From an uncultured Chloroflexia bacterium (lineage in GTDB: Bacteria > Chloroflexota > Limnocylindria > Limnocylindrales > CSP1-4), in assembly GCA_963752475.1 (NCBI GenBank), contig CAVVYR010000006.1:320001-384000 (forward strand): a DNA stretch of 64,000 nt, read 5' to 3'. Position 1 is the first letter of the stretch. Each line of letters starts with the position of its first letter. The notes under the pieces are model-generated. The model ran no database searches. It was not told where the DNA came from and worked only from the letters and a program-made list of their open reading frames with translations. Below are positions 62,605 through 64,000 of the stretch, in pieces. Made by a program: the position numbers and the translations under genes.

Positions 62605-63314
62605 GCGAGGTCCGTACCATCGGCCTGCTCGGTGGCATGAGCTGGGAGTCCAGCATCGAGTACGAGCGCATCATCAACACCGAGGTGCGATCGGCGCTCG
62701 GCGGCGTGCATTCCGCGAGCCTCCTCGTCCGTTCGTACGATTTCGCCCAGATCGAGCGCCTGCAGGCCGAGGGGGACTGGGATGGCGCCGGTGCGGTGCT
62801 GGCCGCCGATGCGCGCCGGCTGCAGGACGCGGGTGCCGGACTCATCGTGCTCTGCACCAACACCATGCATCGCTGCGCGGAGGCCATCGAGGCTGCCGTC
62901 GACGTACCCTTCCTGCACCTTGCCGATGCCACCGCGAGGGCCGTGATCGCGGCCGGCGTGGAACGAGTCGCCTTGCTGGGCACGCGCTACACCATGGAGC
63001 AGGACTTCTATCGTGCGCGCCTCGAGCGTCGCGGGCTCTCGGTCATCGTGCCCCATGAGCCCGACCGCACCCTCGTCCACGAGGTCATCTACGACGAGCT
63101 CGTGCAGGGCGTGGTCTCGCCCGTCTCACAGGCCGGATACCTCGAGGTCATCGGACGCCTGGTCGAGCGGGGCGCACAGGGAGTCATCGCCGGCTGCACC
63201 GAGATCGAGCTGCTGGTCGGTCCCGATGACGTCGAGGTGCCGTACTTCCCGACGACGGCATTGCATGCACACGCGGCCGCGAGCTGGGCGCTGGGTGGAC
63301 GGGACGAGGCATGA
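62601..63314 (+). CDS. Asp/Glu racemase-family amino-acid racemase (YgeA/RacX-like)
   Basis: GLLGGMSWES, CTNT and GCTE catalytic Cys pair. Confidence 0.92.
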   Translation: MSEVRTIGLLGGMSWESSIEYERIINTEVRSALGGVHSASLLVRSYDFAQIERLQAEGDWDGAGAVLAADARRLQDAGAGLIVLCTNTMHRCAEAIEAAVDVPFLHLADATARAVIAAGVERVALLGTRYTMEQDFYRARLERRGLSVIVPHEPDRTLVHEVIYDELVQGVVSPVSQAGYLEVIGRLVERGAQGVIAGCTEIELLVGPDDVEVPYFPTTALHAHAAASWALGGRDEA

Positions 63315-63847
63315 TGGAAGCCGATCAGCAGACGCAGGAGGATCCGACAGCGGTGAACGACGAGCAGGCCACGACGCCGACCAAGCCCGGGGAGGCCGTC
63401 AGCAGCGCTCCCGATCCACGCGAGGCGGCGAAGCCGGGCCTGCCTGCGGGTCGGTCGAAGGACGAGGAGCGGCCTCGACCGGCCGTCGTCGATGCGGTCG
63501 ACGAGGACGTCCTGGCCATGGCCCACAGGATCGTCGACCTGGCCTCGGACAAGAAGGCCAGCGACATCGTCTTGCTCGATGTGCGCGGTCAGACCACGAT
63601 GACCGACTACTTCGTCATCTGTTCGGGTGCCTCCGATCGTCAGCTCAACGCCATCGCCGACGGCATCATCGTCGGGCTCAAGGACGACGAGCTGCCGCCG
63701 GTCTCACGCGAGGGCGATGCCAGCTCGCATTGGCTGCTGGTCGACTTCGGCGGCGTCATCGTGCACGTCATGAGCAAGCCCGAGCGCGAGTTCTACCAGC
63801 TCGAGAAGCTGTGGTCGGAGGCCTCGTTGCTGGTGCACGTCGTCTGA
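63311..63847 (+). CDS. rsfS: Ribosome silencing factor with ~60-aa low-complexity N-terminal extension
   Basis: DKKASDIVLLDV, DYFVICSG, WLLVDFGGVIVHV, FYQLEKLW. Confidence 0.93.
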   Translation: MMEADQQTQEDPTAVNDEQATTPTKPGEAVSSAPDPREAAKPGLPAGRSKDEERPRPAVVDAVDEDVLAMAHRIVDLASDKKASDIVLLDVRGQTTMTDYFVICSGASDRQLNAIADGIIVGLKDDELPPVSREGDASSHWLLVDFGGVIVHVMSKPEREFYQLEKLWSEASLLVHVV

Positions 63848-64000
63848 CGCAGCCCGGGTGTTGACGCCGCGCACCAACCCGTACCGTACTCATCTACCCC
63901 CTCGATGTGACCTCTCGTGGTACCACCGGGGCATGGGGGCAGCCCGAGCGCATCCGTAGCATCGGTGCTCGAGTCGATCGGAATGAACCGATCGTCGAGC

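Noticed and set aside
63861-64000. CIRCE element or RNA gene at the window end
   Set aside because: No TTAGCACTC-N9-GAGTGCTAA match or tRNA-like fold; only a TTGACG with poorly spaced -10 candidates.

Overview
High-GC bacterial chromosomal window, probably Chloroflexota (inferred from gene content and style, not from a search). Contents in order: a structured 6S-like RNA candidate and 39-bp tandem repeats; pseudouridine catabolism (PfkB kinase + psuG); a secreted A-F-x-K-repeat protein next to an NPPF methyltransferase with an RRE/PqqD-like C-terminus; two tandem TadE-TadE-TadG minor-pilin cassettes; flotillin/NfeD; an S41 protease homolog lacking its catalytic residues; a peptide-type ABC operon with an Asp-box propeller protein; a CUT1 sugar ABC; a ~20-kb catabolic island (two E1 systems with stand-alone lipoyl domains, SDR, MDR, transaldolase-like, CUT2 ABC, FGGY kinase, class II aldolase, lactonase, cupin, GarR-like reductase), partly frameshift-riddled; then pyrG, a DUF4160/DUF2442 pair, fsa/tal, rho, obgE, nadD, a racemase and rsfS. 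Two observations stand out. (1) An IS110 element (one full copy, one truncated) has a putative bridge RNA that appears programmed for GCATGAG stop/start overlaps in operons, and an antisense ORF that runs exactly from the host ATGA to a new GTGA, which would preserve translational coupling. (2) The AFxK-repeat protein and its neighbouring methyltransferase form a candidate new peptide-modification system. All family calls come from motif recognition by eye; no searches were run.
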